Below are positions 1 through 12,773 of a stretch of 64,000 nucleotides of DNA, one piece after another; position 1 is the first letter of the stretch, and every line of letters begins with the position of its first letter. The stretch comes from Deltaproteobacteria bacterium (lineage in GTDB: Bacteria > Desulfobacterota > Binatia > UBA1149 > CAYXZP01), in contig JAYGCL010000079.1 in the NCBI GenBank assembly GCA_046583365.1, forward strand, positions 17,508 to 81,507, given 5' to 3'. Below the pieces are notes generated by a model that saw nothing but the letters and a program-made list of their open reading frames with translations, was not told where the DNA came from and ran no database searches. The translations under genes were made by a program, and so were the position numbers.

Positions 1-94
1 CCATATGGCCACACGGTGGCCGTTGGTTGTGAGCAGGCTGCCAAGGGCAGTTCCCCAACTGCCCGCGCCAATGACGGCAGCTTTGCCCCTCACG

Positions 95-2557
95 CTAGTC
101 TCCGTCGATGGTCTCACTGTCGGCCACGTGGGCCACCGAGACCACCGCTTCGGGGCCCTCGTCCTTCCCCAACCTCACCAGGCGTACTCCCTGCGTATTA
201 CGGCCTATCACCCTCACGTCGGTAGCCGATATGCGTATCAATTTACCGCCATCAGTGACCAGCATCATCTCCTCTTCCGCGCTGACTATCTGGATCACAC
301 CCACGACCGGACCGGTCTTCCTGGTAATCTTCATGGTGATCACACCCTTGGCACCACGATGAACCAGGCGGTAGGAGGATATTTTGCTGCGTTTGCCAAA
401 GCCGTTGGCCGAAACCGTAAGGAGGGTGGCGCCGGGATCCACTATTTCCATCGACACCACCGAGTCGTCCCTGGCCAGGGCTGCCCCACGCACGCCGGCC
501 GCCGTACGGCCAATCGACCTGACCTCTGATTCTGCGAAGCGTACAAGCATGCCGCCGCGGGTGGACAGGGCGATTTGCCGGCTCCCATCGGTAAGGCCCA
601 CGCCTATTAACTCGTCACCGGGGGCCAGGTTGATAGCCTTGATGCCGGCCAGACGCGGCCTGGAGTAGTCGGCCAGGGGAGTTTTCTTAACCGTCCCGGC
701 AGCGGTGGCAAAAACCACAAAGCGCTCCTCACCACCAAACTCACGCACCGGCAGGAAGGCCGACACCTTCTCCCCCGGCCCCAACGCCAGAAGATTTACT
801 ATCGCCTTGCCACGGGCGGTACGGCTGGCCTGGGGCAATTCGTGAACCTTTTTCCAGTAGACCCGACCGGTGGTCGTAAAGAACAGGATGTAGGCATGGG
901 TCGAGGCCACAAACATATCGGCCACGAAGTCTTCACCCCGCGTTTTCGCGCCGATCCGTCCCTTGCCGCCACGCTTTTGTGCACGGTACTGGGAAGTAGG
1001 CGTGCGCTTTACGTAACCTTCGTGGGAAAACGTCACGACCATCTCCTCCTCGACAATCATGTCTTCGACATTGATCTCGGAGGTCGCGTCAACGATCTCG
1101 GTACGGCGCTCATCACCGTACTGCTCGATGAGGTTCTGTGTGTCCTGGCCTATGATCTTGAGAATTTCTTTTTCACTGGACAGAATTTTTTTGAGTCGCT
1201 TGATCAGCGCACTGACTTCTTTGTGCTCGCCAAGGATCTTGTCGCGTTCCAGGCCCGTAAGACGCTGCAAACGCATGTCGAGAATGGCTTGGGCTTGAGC
1301 TTCGGAAAGTTTGAACTTCGTTGTCAGTTCGGTCTTGGCCGCGGGGCCGTCTTTGGCTTTACGGATCAGTTTGATAACCGCGTCGAGATTGTCGAGCGCT
1401 ATCTTCAACCCTTCGAGAATGTGCAGCCGGGCCTCAGCCTTGCGCAAGTCGAAGGCGGTGGCACGGGTAATAATCTCCTTGCGGTGCTCTATGAAGCACT
1501 CAAGCATGGCTTTGAGGTTGAGAAGGCGGGGCCTGCCGTCGACCACGGCAAGCATAATCACCCCAAAGGATTCCTGCATGGGGGTGTACTTGAAAAGGTT
1601 GTTGAGTACGACTTCCGCTATGGCATCGCGTTTGAGTTCTATAACGATACGCATACCGCGACGGTCGGATTCATCGCGCAGGTCGGAAATACCCTCGAGA
1701 CGTTTTGCATGCACCAGATTGGCGATCTTCTCTATCAGTCTCGATTTGTTAACCTTGTAGGGGATTTCACTAACGATGATGCGAGCGCGGTTGGTCTTTT
1801 CGTTTTCCTCGATCTCGGCACGCGCGCGCATTCGCAGGATGCCGCGCCCCTGCGTGTAGGCCTGGGCAATGGGCGCACGGCCATAGATAAACCCGCCGGT
1901 GGGGAAATCCGGACCCTTGACCAACTTCATCAACTGTTTGATCGTGGTGTCAGGATTTTCAATCAGCGCGAGCACTGCACGCCCTATTTCAGTCAGATTG
2001 TGCGGTGGTATGTTGGTGGCCATGCCCACCGCGATCCCCGACGAACCGTTGATGAGCAGGTTGGGCAAGCGGGCCGGCAACACCGACGGTTCAACCGTGG
2101 AATCATCGTAGTTGGGGGAAAAGTCTACCGTCTCCTTTTCGATATCGGCAAGCATTTCTCCCGTCACCCGGGACATACGGATTTCGGTGTAACGCATTGC
2201 AGCGGCAGGGTCGCCATCGACGGAACCGAAGTTTCCCTGTCCGTCGATAAGCATGTAGCGAAGCGAAAAATCCTGGGCCATGCGCACGAGGGTGTCGTAG
2301 ACAGCCTGATCGCCGTGGGGATGGTACTTACCTATGACATCGCCGACCACACGGGCGGACTTCTTGTACGTTTTGTTCCACTGGTTCCCGAGGTCCTCCA
2401 TCGCGTAAAGCACCCGACGGTGTACAGGTTTCAGCCCGTCACGAGCGTCGGGCAAAGCACGGCCCACGATGACGCTCATCGCGTAGTCCATGTAGGACGT
2501 ACGCATCTCGTCTTCGATGCTTACGGGGATATTTCTCTGGTCGGGCTCAGACGCCAC
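95..2557 (-). CDS. gyrA: DNA gyrase subunit A
   Basis: 820 aa ORF. The N-terminus [31 protein letters not shown]...YHPHGD is the canonical GyrA active-site region with the QRDR, and the C-terminal repeat domain is present. Confidence 0.95.
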   Translation of the reverse strand: MASEPDQRNIPVSIEDEMRTSYMDYAMSVIVGRALPDARDGLKPVHRRVLYAMEDLGNQWNKTYKKSARVVGDVIGKYHPHGDQAVYDTLVRMAQDFSLRYMLIDGQGNFGSVDGDPAAAMRYTEIRMSRVTGEMLADIEKETVDFSPNYDDSTVEPSVLPARLPNLLINGSSGIAVGMATNIPPHNLTEIGRAVLALIENPDTTIKQLMKLVKGPDFPTGGFIYGRAPIAQAYTQGRGILRMRARAEIEENEKTNRARIIVSEIPYKVNKSRLIEKIANLVHAKRLEGISDLRDESDRRGMRIVIELKRDAIAEVVLNNLFKYTPMQESFGVIMLAVVDGRPRLLNLKAMLECFIEHRKEIITRATAFDLRKAEARLHILEGLKIALDNLDAVIKLIRKAKDGPAAKTELTTKFKLSEAQAQAILDMRLQRLTGLERDKILGEHKEVSALIKRLKKILSSEKEILKIIGQDTQNLIEQYGDERRTEIVDATSEINVEDMIVEEEMVVTFSHEGYVKRTPTSQYRAQKRGGKGRIGAKTRGEDFVADMFVASTHAYILFFTTTGRVYWKKVHELPQASRTARGKAIVNLLALGPGEKVSAFLPVREFGGEERFVVFATAAGTVKKTPLADYSRPRLAGIKAINLAPGDELIGVGLTDGSRQIALSTRGGMLVRFAESEVRSIGRTAAGVRGAALARDDSVVSMEIVDPGATLLTVSANGFGKRSKISSYRLVHRGAKGVITMKITRKTGPVVGVIQIVSAEEEMMLVTDGGKLIRISATDVRVIGRNTQGVRLVRLGKDEGPEAVVSVAHVADSETIDGD

Positions 2558-2559
2558 CG

Positions 2560-5085
<2,526 letters not shown>

Positions 5086-5255
5086 TTACCGGACCTTTTA
5101 TGTGGAGCCTGCAACAGCCCCCGGGGGAGCCATAAAGCTATCAAATTGGAACCTGTAAGTAAAGCAGCTAATGCCACTAAAACCCTTTAAATAAAAGGAT
5201 TTCTAGCACATCCGGGACATATTCCCGGCGACCCGAGGAAGCAGGTTCAGAGGCC

Positions 5256-6371
5256 CTATATGCGCATGGGCATGACGACGTAACGGTACCCTGGATCGTC
5301 CCCTCTGATCACCCCCGGACTCAGTTCGTCGCCGAGACCGATCTCAACCCTGGAACCTTCTGGAAGCACAGCTAAAACATCGAGGAAATAGCGGGCGTTG
5401 AACCCCACCTCTATCTCATCACCCTCATATTCCACCCCGACGTCTTCCCTGGCCTCTCCAACATCGGGGTTATTTGCGGAAATATTCATAGAACCAGCGT
5501 GCAGGGTAAGCCTTATGCCACGGGCTCTTTCACTGGATAAAATGGAAACACGGCGAATGGTCTGCAGCAATTCATCGCGCCCAACCCCCACAAGATTGGG
5601 GGTCTCTTTGGGCACTACCTGCCGATAGTCGGGAAAGGTTCCCTCAACCAGACGCATACTGAAAGTGCACGCAGACAATGAGAATGTGGCTTCGTTGCCG
5701 GCCACAGTGATGGTCACCTTCTCGGTTTCCTCGCCCAGCAGTTTGGCAACCTCAGAAAGACCCTTGCGCGGCATTATAATCCCCTCGGCCGGGGCCTCTC
5801 CCTTGATCTTTCTCTCCACTATAGCCAAGCGGTGCCCATCGGTGGCTACAGTTCTGAGGATGCCCTTCTTTTCACCACGTACCATATACACCCCGGCCAG
5901 GTTTGAGCGGGTGTCGTCTGAGGACACCGCAAATATTGTCTTACGTATGAGTTCGGCCAGGTCTCCAGGGTCAATTTCCATGGTACTGGTCTTCTCCCCG
6001 TTGTCTGGAGGTGTGGGCATCCCGGGGTGCTCGGCTGGATCCATACCGGTCAGCTTGAAGTTAGAACGACCATAGGAGACCTCGAGCCACTGGTTTTCCA
6101 TGGTCTGGATGGAAACCTCGTCACTGCCGGCTTCCCTTACGATCTCAAATAGCTTTCTGGAGGATACCGATGCGCGTCCTTCTTCCTGTACCTGGGCTTC
6201 ACACTTCTGTTTGAGCCCTATTTCCAGATCAGTGGCAATTATTTCCAGTTCTCCGTTACGGGCCTCCAACAGAAGGTTGGCAAGAACCGGCATCGAGTGG
6301 CGTTTGTCGACCACTCCCTGGGTGTGGGTGAGGATCTGGAGCAAGTTATCTTTATTGACTGTTATTTTCAT
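5256..6371 (-). CDS. dnaN: DNA polymerase III beta sliding clamp
   Basis: 371 aa, three-domain clamp. N-terminus MKITVNKDNLLQIL...PVLANLLLEA. Sits in the classical position between dnaA and gyrB. Confidence 0.93.
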   Translation of the reverse strand: MKITVNKDNLLQILTHTQGVVDKRHSMPVLANLLLEARNGELEIIATDLEIGLKQKCEAQVQEEGRASVSSRKLFEIVREAGSDEVSIQTMENQWLEVSYGRSNFKLTGMDPAEHPGMPTPPDNGEKTSTMEIDPGDLAELIRKTIFAVSSDDTRSNLAGVYMVRGEKKGILRTVATDGHRLAIVERKIKGEAPAEGIIMPRKGLSEVAKLLGEETEKVTITVAGNEATFSLSACTFSMRLVEGTFPDYRQVVPKETPNLVGVGRDELLQTIRRVSILSSERARGIRLTLHAGSMNISANNPDVGEAREDVGVEYEGDEIEVGFNARYFLDVLAVLPEGSRVEIGLGDELSPGVIRGDDPGYRYVVMPMRI

Positions 6372-6584
6372 GGGTACTTCCTATCAGTAATGTAATATCT
6401 TTCTGTTGTTTTTTTAAAGTGCACACATATGTGGATATCTATCCTAAGTTGCTGGAAAACTTATTTTTAATGCTTGTTTTGACCTGTGTGTTGGGTGTTT
6501 GCTGGCCTGCATATCTTTGTAGCAGGGCTCAGGCAAGGGTCGTTTTGTCCTCCTGACGGGGGTTTTGTGCAGGACTTATCCACA
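6372..6584. promoter_or_regulatory. Candidate oriC segment in the dnaA-dnaN intergenic region. A ~100-bp AT-rich stretch (~6380-6480, candidate DUE) is flanked by DnaA boxes TGTGGATAT (6430-6438, 8/9) and TTATCCACA (6576-6584, perfect, overlapping the dnaA stop).
   Basis: Seen directly: the stretch is about 30% GC in a roughly 66% GC window, and the boxes match the consensus TTATCCACA. Confidence 0.5.
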
Positions 6585-7967
6585 GCCCAGGGTTCGAGTG
6601 ACAGTTTCTAATACATTGCGGTAGTGGGGGTCTGCCCGCAGGCGTTTGTTGACGGCCTGGCAGGCGTGAACTACGGTGGAATGGTCGCGACCACCAAGAA
6701 AAGACCCAATGGCTGGGAATGAAGCCTCTGAGTGGTTACGCATGATGTACATGGCCAACTGCCTGGCCTCGGCTACCTTGCGGGTCCGACGGCGGGCCTG
6801 CAGTTCTCCGGGTTTAAGGCCGAAGTGCATGCTTACCCTGTTCTCGATTTCCTCCAGCGTGGGGGTTTCTGGACACTTCGCGCCCATGCTGTTGAGAAGT
6901 TCGGACGCCATGGATGTCGTTATTGCACACCGGTTTAAGGAGGCGAAGGCGCTTATGCGGGTCAGCGCACCTTCAAGGTCACGGATGTTTGAATCCACCC
7001 TGGAAGCTATCAATGTGGCGACGTCCATGGGCAGGTCGATACCCTCGTCACGGGCCCGGCGTTCGAGAATTGCCATGCGGGTTTCCACGTCCGGGTATTG
7101 GATATCAGCGACCAGACCCCACCCAAATCGGTTACACAGCCGTTCTTCCACTCCACGGATCTCGTTTGGGAACTTATCCGAGGTGAGAATGATCTGGCGG
7201 CCCCCCTGGTAGAGGCTGTTGAAGATATGAAAGAGTTCTTCCTGGGTCCTCTCCCTGCCGGCTATGAACTGTACGTCGTCGAGGATTAGCACGTCTATCC
7301 TGCGCATACGGTTCTTAAATTCCGGGGCCTTGTTGCGGGCCATGGCGTCGATCATCTGGTTGGTGAAAGTATCGGCGGTCAGAGAAAGCACACGGGTGGC
7401 CGGCGCGGCCTGTAAGATGGCATTGCCGATGGCATTGGCCAGGTGGGTTTTCCCTAGGCCGACGCCGCCAAAAAGGAAGAAAGGGTTGTAGAGGGTGCCC
7501 GGTTGTCCGGCCACAGCCATGGCTGCGGCTTTTGCAAACTGGTTACTCGCACCGACAACAAAGCTGTCAAAGTCGTAACGTTCGACCAGGCCGGAGTTCG
7601 AGAGTTGTCTACGGTGGGCCTCCTTTTGAGTCTTTAACAGATGGTCTGATTCATTGGGCTGGCCCTGTCCGTCCTGGTCTGAGAACAATTCTCCTTGCCG
7701 CGAGTGGTCCTGCCAGTTAAAGCGCAGGCGCGGTGTGTTGCCGGCCATGGCCCGCCAGGCGGCGACCAGGGTCTCGGTGTAGTGTTGTTCCACCCAGGAG
7801 GCGAACATGCGGTTCGGAACGCCGATCTCAAGCACCCCATCGCTGATGGAAAGGGGTTTCAGGGGTTTTACCCAGTTGTCGAAATCGCTGCTGCCAAGCT
7901 GCTGTCGAAGCGGCTCAACTGCCTGCTCCCACACCAGTTTCAGAGATTTTCCGGATCCTCTATCCAC
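6576..7967 (-). CDS. dnaA: Chromosomal replication initiator DnaA
   Basis: 463 aa. AAA+ Walker A GGVGLGKTHL, sensor motifs and a C-terminal HTH DNA-binding domain (AIGSFLGGRDHSTVVHACQ). Confidence 0.95.
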   Translation of the reverse strand: MDRGSGKSLKLVWEQAVEPLRQQLGSSDFDNWVKPLKPLSISDGVLEIGVPNRMFASWVEQHYTETLVAAWRAMAGNTPRLRFNWQDHSRQGELFSDQDGQGQPNESDHLLKTQKEAHRRQLSNSGLVERYDFDSFVVGASNQFAKAAAMAVAGQPGTLYNPFFLFGGVGLGKTHLANAIGNAILQAAPATRVLSLTADTFTNQMIDAMARNKAPEFKNRMRRIDVLILDDVQFIAGRERTQEELFHIFNSLYQGGRQIILTSDKFPNEIRGVEERLCNRFGWGLVADIQYPDVETRMAILERRARDEGIDLPMDVATLIASRVDSNIRDLEGALTRISAFASLNRCAITTSMASELLNSMGAKCPETPTLEEIENRVSMHFGLKPGELQARRRTRKVAEARQLAMYIMRNHSEASFPAIGSFLGGRDHSTVVHACQAVNKRLRADPHYRNVLETVTRTLGCG

Positions 7968-7994
7968 TTCCTGCCTGAGGGCTTAAGCACAGGG

Positions 7995-8014
7995 TTATCA
8001 ACAGTTGTGGATAA
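7995..8014. promoter_or_regulatory. Convergent pair of DnaA boxes upstream of dnaA: TTATCAACA (7995-8003, 8/9) and TGTGGATAA (8006-8014, perfect). Likely autoregulatory, or a second oriC half.
   Basis: Read directly in the sequence, 20-40 bp upstream of the dnaA start. Confidence 0.5.
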
Positions 8015-8192
8015 CCCGCCTGGTCCAGACCTGAGCCCTGGCCCACATGCTCCTGTGCCTCGTTCGGCGGAAATAGTGTGGGCGTGCGGACCTTGCAAGG
8101 AGCGGGGTGCGTAAGAGGGGATGCCGACGGTGGAGCAGAGGTTGCCACGGGCCTGCTACCTTGGTTTAGGTCGTTGGGCAAGGCTATTGGCG

Positions 8193-9473
8193 GTGGTGGA
8201 GACAAGGCAACAGGACAGGTCAGAGGCCCTTCACCGGGCCGCGCTCGCAGTGATACCCGGCGGCGTAAACTCGCCGGTCAGGTCATGGTCGGCAGTGGGG
8301 CTCAACCCCCGTTTTGTCGAGAGTGCACGGGGGACATCCATCCGGGATGCGGACGGCCATTCCTACACCGACTATGTAGCCTCGTTCGGCCCGCTTATCC
8401 TCGGCCACGCCGACCCCGTGGTGGTTGATGCCGTGGTGACTGCGGCCGCCAAGGGGACCAGTTACGGGGCCACCACGGCTGCTGAAGTCGAGTTGGCCGA
8501 GAGTCTGTGCCGGCGCTTTACCTCACTCGAGCGTATCCGCCTGGTCAATTCCGGAACCGAGGCAACCATGAGTGCCATACGGTTGGCCCGTGCCGCCACT
8601 GGCCGTGAGGGGATAGTAAAATTCGGCGGTTGTTACCACGGCCACGCCGATGGCCTTCTGGTGCGTGCCGGTTCGGGGGCCACTACCCTGGGGGTGCCCG
8701 ACAGTCCCGGCGTTCCCGCATCCTTTGCCGACCTGACCCGTGTGGCCAGATTTAACGACCTTGATTCCCTGGAGGCGGTTTGCGACAAGACCACCGCGGC
8801 AGTGATCGTTGAGCCGGTAGCCGGCAACATGGGAGTGGTGCCACCCCGGCCGGGTTTTCTTGAGGGCCTTTGCGAGATGGCCGCTGCAAGGGGTGCCCTG
8901 GTCATATTCGACGAGGTTATAAGCGGACTTCGACTGGGACCGGGAGGCTACCAGGGGCTTGCCGGTTTTACGCCCGACCTCACCTGTCTCGGCAAAATAA
9001 TCGGTGGGGGACTGCCGGTGGGCGCCTATGGCGGCCGCGCCGAGTTGATGGACATGCTGGCCCCGGTCGGCCCCGTCTACCAAGCCGGCACGCTCGCGGG
9101 CAACCCCCTGGCCGTGGCCGCCGGCTTGGCCACCCTCAGACGTCTGGACGAACTTGACCCCTACGACTGCCTCGAGGACCTGGGTGCTCGTCTCGAGGAC
9201 GGTATCCGCGCCGCGTTGGCCGACCGCGGCTGTGTGCAGAGGGTGGGCTCCATGCTCACCGTGTTTTTCGGACCCTCGCAGGTGACCAACTACGATGAGG
9301 CCACCACGGCCGACACCCAGCGCTTTGCGCGCTTCTTCCGTGCCGCCCTCGACCAGAGCCTGTGGATACCGCCCTCCCAGTTCGAGTCCTGGTTTGTGTC
9401 GGTGGTCCACAGCCAGGCCGACATCGATGCAACCGTGGAGGCGGTGGAAAGGGCCCTGCTGGCTTCGGACTAG
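8193..9473 (+). CDS. hemL: Glutamate-1-semialdehyde 2,1-aminomutase
   Basis: IPGGVNSPVRSW near the N-terminus and the PLP-lysine region DEVISGLRLGPGG...LTCLGKIIGGGLPVGAYGG. The track ORF starts at 8121, but alignment to HemL favours a GTG start at 8193 or 8196. Confidence 0.9.
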   Translation: MVETRQQDRSEALHRAALAVIPGGVNSPVRSWSAVGLNPRFVESARGTSIRDADGHSYTDYVASFGPLILGHADPVVVDAVVTAAAKGTSYGATTAAEVELAESLCRRFTSLERIRLVNSGTEATMSAIRLARAATGREGIVKFGGCYHGHADGLLVRAGSGATTLGVPDSPGVPASFADLTRVARFNDLDSLEAVCDKTTAAVIVEPVAGNMGVVPPRPGFLEGLCEMAAARGALVIFDEVISGLRLGPGGYQGLAGFTPDLTCLGKIIGGGLPVGAYGGRAELMDMLAPVGPVYQAGTLAGNPLAVAAGLATLRRLDELDPYDCLEDLGARLEDGIRAALADRGCVQRVGSMLTVFFGPSQVTNYDEATTADTQRFARFFRAALDQSLWIPPSQFESWFVSVVHSQADIDATVEAVERALLASD

Positions 9474-9477
9474 CCCG

Positions 9478-9684
9478 TTGGCGGAGGTTCCCAAAAACAA
9501 GACTTCCCAAGACCTGGGCCTGGCGTGGAGTTTTGGCTGGCCCATAGCCGCCGGTGCCATGGTCGGCTACTGGCTGGACGGCTACCTGTCGACCGCGCCC
9601 TGGCTGGCCCTTGTCTTTTCCCTGGCCGCCATGGTCATGGGGGTGGTCAGAATGCTCGCCTTACTGGATCGGGACAGGGATTGA
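9478..9684 (+). CDS. Putative AtpZ/AtpR-like small membrane protein of the F0 operon, possible TTG start
   Basis: The downstream part of ORF 9295..9684 after the hemL stop reads EVPKNKTSQDLGLAWSFGWPIAAGAMVGYWLDGYLST...LAAMVMGV. It has two TM helices and sits directly before atpI. Confidence 0.4.
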   Translation: MAEVPKNKTSQDLGLAWSFGWPIAAGAMVGYWLDGYLSTAPWLALVFSLAAMVMGVVRMLALLDRDRD

Positions 9685-10046
9685 AGCTCCGGCGGGTGGA
9701 AACGGGACGGGTGATCAGAACCAGCCTGCTGCTGCTGGCCCTGGCCGTGGTCGTAGCGGCGCTTTGCGGACTTGGCAGCCCCGCCAGCCTGGCCCTGGGC
9801 GGGGGCTTCATGGCCGCCGACGTCCATTTGATTCGTATCCTTGTTTCCCGATTAATTGGGCCCGGCACGAGTCGCATCTGGGTATTCCTGCTCCTCGGTC
9901 TTAAGTTTTTTCTGTTAATCGGTTTAGTGACGGGCATCATGTACCAGTGGCCAGTGGCCCCCTTGTCGTTCGCTTTCGGCGCGTCCATGTTGCCGTTGGC
10001 CGCGCTACTGGAGGCTACCTTGTTGGGCTCCGTCGTAGAGGTTTGA
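9681..10046 (+). CDS. atpI: ATP synthase protein I
   Basis: Hydrophobic ~120-aa product (LLLLALAVVVAAL...WVFLLLGLKFFLLIGLVTGIMY) immediately upstream of atpB. The start is uncertain (TTG 9681, or GTG 9696/9711). The upstream part of track ORF 9525..10046 is not coding-like. Confidence 0.5.
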   Translation: MKLRRVETGRVIRTSLLLLALAVVVAALCGLGSPASLALGGGFMAADVHLIRILVSRLIGPGTSRIWVFLLLGLKFFLLIGLVTGIMYQWPVAPLSFAFGASMLPLAALLEATLLGSVVEV

Positions 10047-10047
10047 G

Positions 10048-10782
10048 ATGACCCATCCGCTGCTCTGGGTAGAACACATTCCCGTCCTTGGTGCCTTGAC
10101 AGGGGAGGGTAAAATCCTGGCCACCCACACGGTCCACGCCACGCTGGTGATGCTCATTCTTGTGGCCTGTGCCTGGGTCGCCAATCGCCAGCTTATTACG
10201 GCCCGTGAGGCCGGTACCGCGCTGATTCCCGACCAGGGTTTGAGCATGCGCAACCTGGCTGAGTTGGTTGTGGGCGGCATAACAAACCTGTCAGACGGTG
10301 TGCTCGGTCGTGGTGGTCGCCCCTACGTCCCCCTGTTTGGCAGCTTTTTCATGTTCATACTGATCGCGAATCTGATGGGCCTGGTTCCGGGTTTCTCGCC
10401 GCCCACCAACGAGTTCAACATAACCTTTGCCCTCGGCATTGCCTCGTTTCTTGCCTACAACGGCATAGGCATTCGCACCCAGGGACTGGTCAATTACTTG
10501 AAACACTTTGTCGGCCCGATCTGGTGGCTTGGCATATTGATGGTGCCGTTGGAATTGATCGATAATCTGGTACGGCCGGTTTCTCTTTCCCTGCGACTCT
10601 TCGGCAACATGCTGGGTGATCACCTGGTGCTCGAAATTTTCACCGATCTTACCAAACTGATTGTGCCGGTTCTTTTCTATTTTCTGGGTTCATTCGTTTC
10701 GTTGATTCAGGCTTTCGTGTTCACCTTGCTGACAATCATTTATGTGCACCTGGCCGTAGGCCACAGCGAGGATCATCACTAG
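10048..10782 (+). CDS. atpB: F0F1 ATP synthase subunit a
   Basis: 244 aa with the conserved RLFGNMLGDHLV arginine motif and multiple TM helices. Confidence 0.9.
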   Translation: MTHPLLWVEHIPVLGALTGEGKILATHTVHATLVMLILVACAWVANRQLITAREAGTALIPDQGLSMRNLAELVVGGITNLSDGVLGRGGRPYVPLFGSFFMFILIANLMGLVPGFSPPTNEFNITFALGIASFLAYNGIGIRTQGLVNYLKHFVGPIWWLGILMVPLELIDNLVRPVSLSLRLFGNMLGDHLVLEIFTDLTKLIVPVLFYFLGSFVSLIQAFVFTLLTIIYVHLAVGHSEDHH

Positions 10783-10880
10783 GGGGACGCGATAGACACG
10801 GTGCCGTTTCGCTGTGGATTGTAGAGGACAGATGAGGCGTGGTGCGAAAAAGACACGGGACCGTCTAACAAGGAGAAAAC

Positions 10881-11210
10881 ATGAGAAAGATTAAAACGTT
10901 ATTGTATGTATTTGCGGCAGCCGTTGCTGCTACGCTTGGCGGTGCAAGTCCGGCTTTGGCTGCTGACGGGTACGGTGGTGGTGCGTCGGATGGAATGATT
11001 GCGATGGCTGCCGGTGTGGCCATGGCCGGTGCCGCCATTGGTGCGGGTCTGGGCCAGGGGCGGGCCGTTGCCGCGGCCATGGAATCAATCGGGCGTAACC
11101 CGAATGCGGCCGACCGTATTCAGACCCCGATGATTATCGGTATCGCTTTTATGGAAGCCCTGGCGATTTACGCCTTGGTTATCGCCTTCTTTTTGCAGGG
11201 CAAGATCTAG
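10881..11210 (+). CDS. atpE: F0F1 ATP synthase subunit c, with a 38-aa signal-peptide-like N-terminal extension
   Basis: The C-terminal 71 aa are a canonical c-subunit hairpin (GAGLGQGRA...RNP...[18 protein letters not shown]). A strong RBS AAGGAG lies 5 nt before the ATG at 10881. The extension [30 protein letters not shown] has n-, h- and AXA regions. Confidence 0.85.
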   Translation: MRKIKTLLYVFAAAVAATLGGASPALAADGYGGGASDGMIAMAAGVAMAGAAIGAGLGQGRAVAAAMESIGRNPNAADRIQTPMIIGIAFMEALAIYALVIAFFLQGKI

Positions 11211-11269
11211 GTTTACAAGACAAGATCTCGGAAAAGGGGGCGGTTGCCAACAGCGGCCGTCCTCTTTTT

Positions 11270-11845
11270 TTATCCGGACCGTGGGTTCCCGGCTGCAATG
11301 ATGAGGCTGCGCGTGCTCAGTGTCTCGACGGTCGCTACGGCCTGGCCGAGCCTTTCCATTCCCTGATTTTCTTCGCGGTCGACCACCGTCACAACCAGAC
11401 TCACCTTGGCGCCGGCCTTTTCCACTTCCTCAATGGCGGTGAGCGTGGAACCGCCACTGGTGACCACGTCTTCGACCAGGGCGATACGAAGCGCGGGGTC
11501 GAAACGCCCCTCTATGAGGCTTTCGGTGCCGTGGTCTTTTGCCTGCCTGCGAACGAAAAAGCCGTCCAGCGGATAGTTGCGGCCGGCTGCCTCCACCAGT
11601 GCCGCGGTGAGCAGGGGTACGGCACCCACCGCCATACCCCCCACCAGCTGGATGCCATGGTGGACGAGGCGGTCGCATATAAGGCTGCCCAGAAGGCGGG
11701 CGCCGGGGGCCGTCATGACCGTCTGTTTGACGTCCACGTAAAAGTCGCTGCTGCGACCCGAGGCCAGACGGAAAGTGCCGCGGCGCCAGGACAACTCGGC
11801 AAGCATGGTGGCAAGTTCCGGGCTGTTGGGTGGCGACGGATTCAT
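11270..11845 (-). CDS. pyrE: Orotate phosphoribosyltransferase
   Basis: FRLASGRSSDFYVD and the PRPP-binding motif VALVEDVVTSGGS. Confidence 0.88.
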   Translation of the reverse strand: MNPSPPNSPELATMLAELSWRRGTFRLASGRSSDFYVDVKQTVMTAPGARLLGSLICDRLVHHGIQLVGGMAVGAVPLLTAALVEAAGRNYPLDGFFVRRQAKDHGTESLIEGRFDPALRIALVEDVVTSGGSTLTAIEEVEKAGAKVSLVVTVVDREENQGMERLGQAVATVETLSTRSLIIAAGNPRSG

Positions 11846-11890
11846 GGGTGAGGTTTTATACGATTTGGCGGGCGCCGTTAAAGGGCCGTG

Positions 11891-12772
11891 TCAGGCCAGT
11901 TCCAGAAAAGCCTTGAGATGGCCCATGAACTCATCGAAGCCGTCGTGGTGGGCCCAGTGCCCGGCCCCGGCGATCTCGGCATAGGTATAGTCGCTGAAGT
12001 GGGTGGTGCGGCCATCTTTTGTCGGGTCGGAGGCCCACGACTTGGCGCCGCGTATGAGCAGGACGGGGCAGGTTATACGCGCCCACAGGCCTTCGACGGC
12101 GTCGCGGTCGTAGCGCTGGGGCGGGAAGGCACGCACGTAGTTGTCAAACTTCCACGTATACGAACCGTCTTCGGTACGCATGGTGCCGTGAATGGTCAGG
12201 TGGTGTGCCATCGCCGCAGACAGATGGGGGTTGGCCTCGCGCATGCGTGTTTCGGCCTCTTCGAGTGAGTCGTAGTGGCGGGGGCGGCGGCTGGCACAAG
12301 CCTGCATGGTCTCCACCCACTCGGCCATTCTTTGTTCCACCGGCCGGTCGACCTCCATGTCGGGGGGGGGGCCGAGTCCCTCGATGGCCGTCACCCTGGT
12401 GACCGAGTCGGGGAAGATGCCGGTGTAGTGCAAGGCGATGGCACCGCCCAGGGAATGACCCACCAGCGTTGCCTGGCTTTTGCCGACGTGGCGCAGCAAC
12501 TGGGTCAGGTCGAGCAGGTACTCGGCCATGGCGTACTGGGAGCCGATGGCCCAGGTCGAATCACCGTGGCCGCGCAGGTCGGGGGCTATGACGTGGTAAT
12601 GGTCGGCCAGACCGGCGGCGACGAAATCCCAACTGCGGGCATGGTCACGGCTGCCGTGGACCAACACCAGCAGCGGCTTGTCCGGACTGCCATAGTCCAC
12701 ATAGCTGAGCCGCAGACGCTGGGAGAAAAACGTATGAGAGGTTGGTCCCGGGCCGTTGGTGTTGGCTGCCAT
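11891..12772 (-). CDS. Alpha/beta hydrolase fold protein
   Basis: LVLVHGSRDHARSWDFV...APDLRGHGDS and the nucleophile elbow GHSLGG. Confidence 0.75.
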   Translation of the reverse strand: MAANTNGPGPTSHTFFSQRLRLSYVDYGSPDKPLLVLVHGSRDHARSWDFVAAGLADHYHVIAPDLRGHGDSTWAIGSQYAMAEYLLDLTQLLRHVGKSQATLVGHSLGGAIALHYTGIFPDSVTRVTAIEGLGPPPDMEVDRPVEQRMAEWVETMQACASRRPRHYDSLEEAETRMREANPHLSAAMAHHLTIHGTMRTEDGSYTWKFDNYVRAFPPQRYDRDAVEGLWARITCPVLLIRGAKSWASDPTKDGRTTHFSDYTYAEIAGAGHWAHHDGFDEFMGHLKAFLELA

Positions 12773-12773
12773 G

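Noticed and set aside
8523-9560. 345-aa minus-strand ORF
   Set aside because: Antisense to hemL. Gly/His/Arg-rich, with no motif.
11211-11269. Intrinsic terminator after atpE (T-run TCTTTTTTT)
   Set aside because: A T-tract is present, but I could not find a convincing GC-rich stem immediately upstream. Left uncalled.
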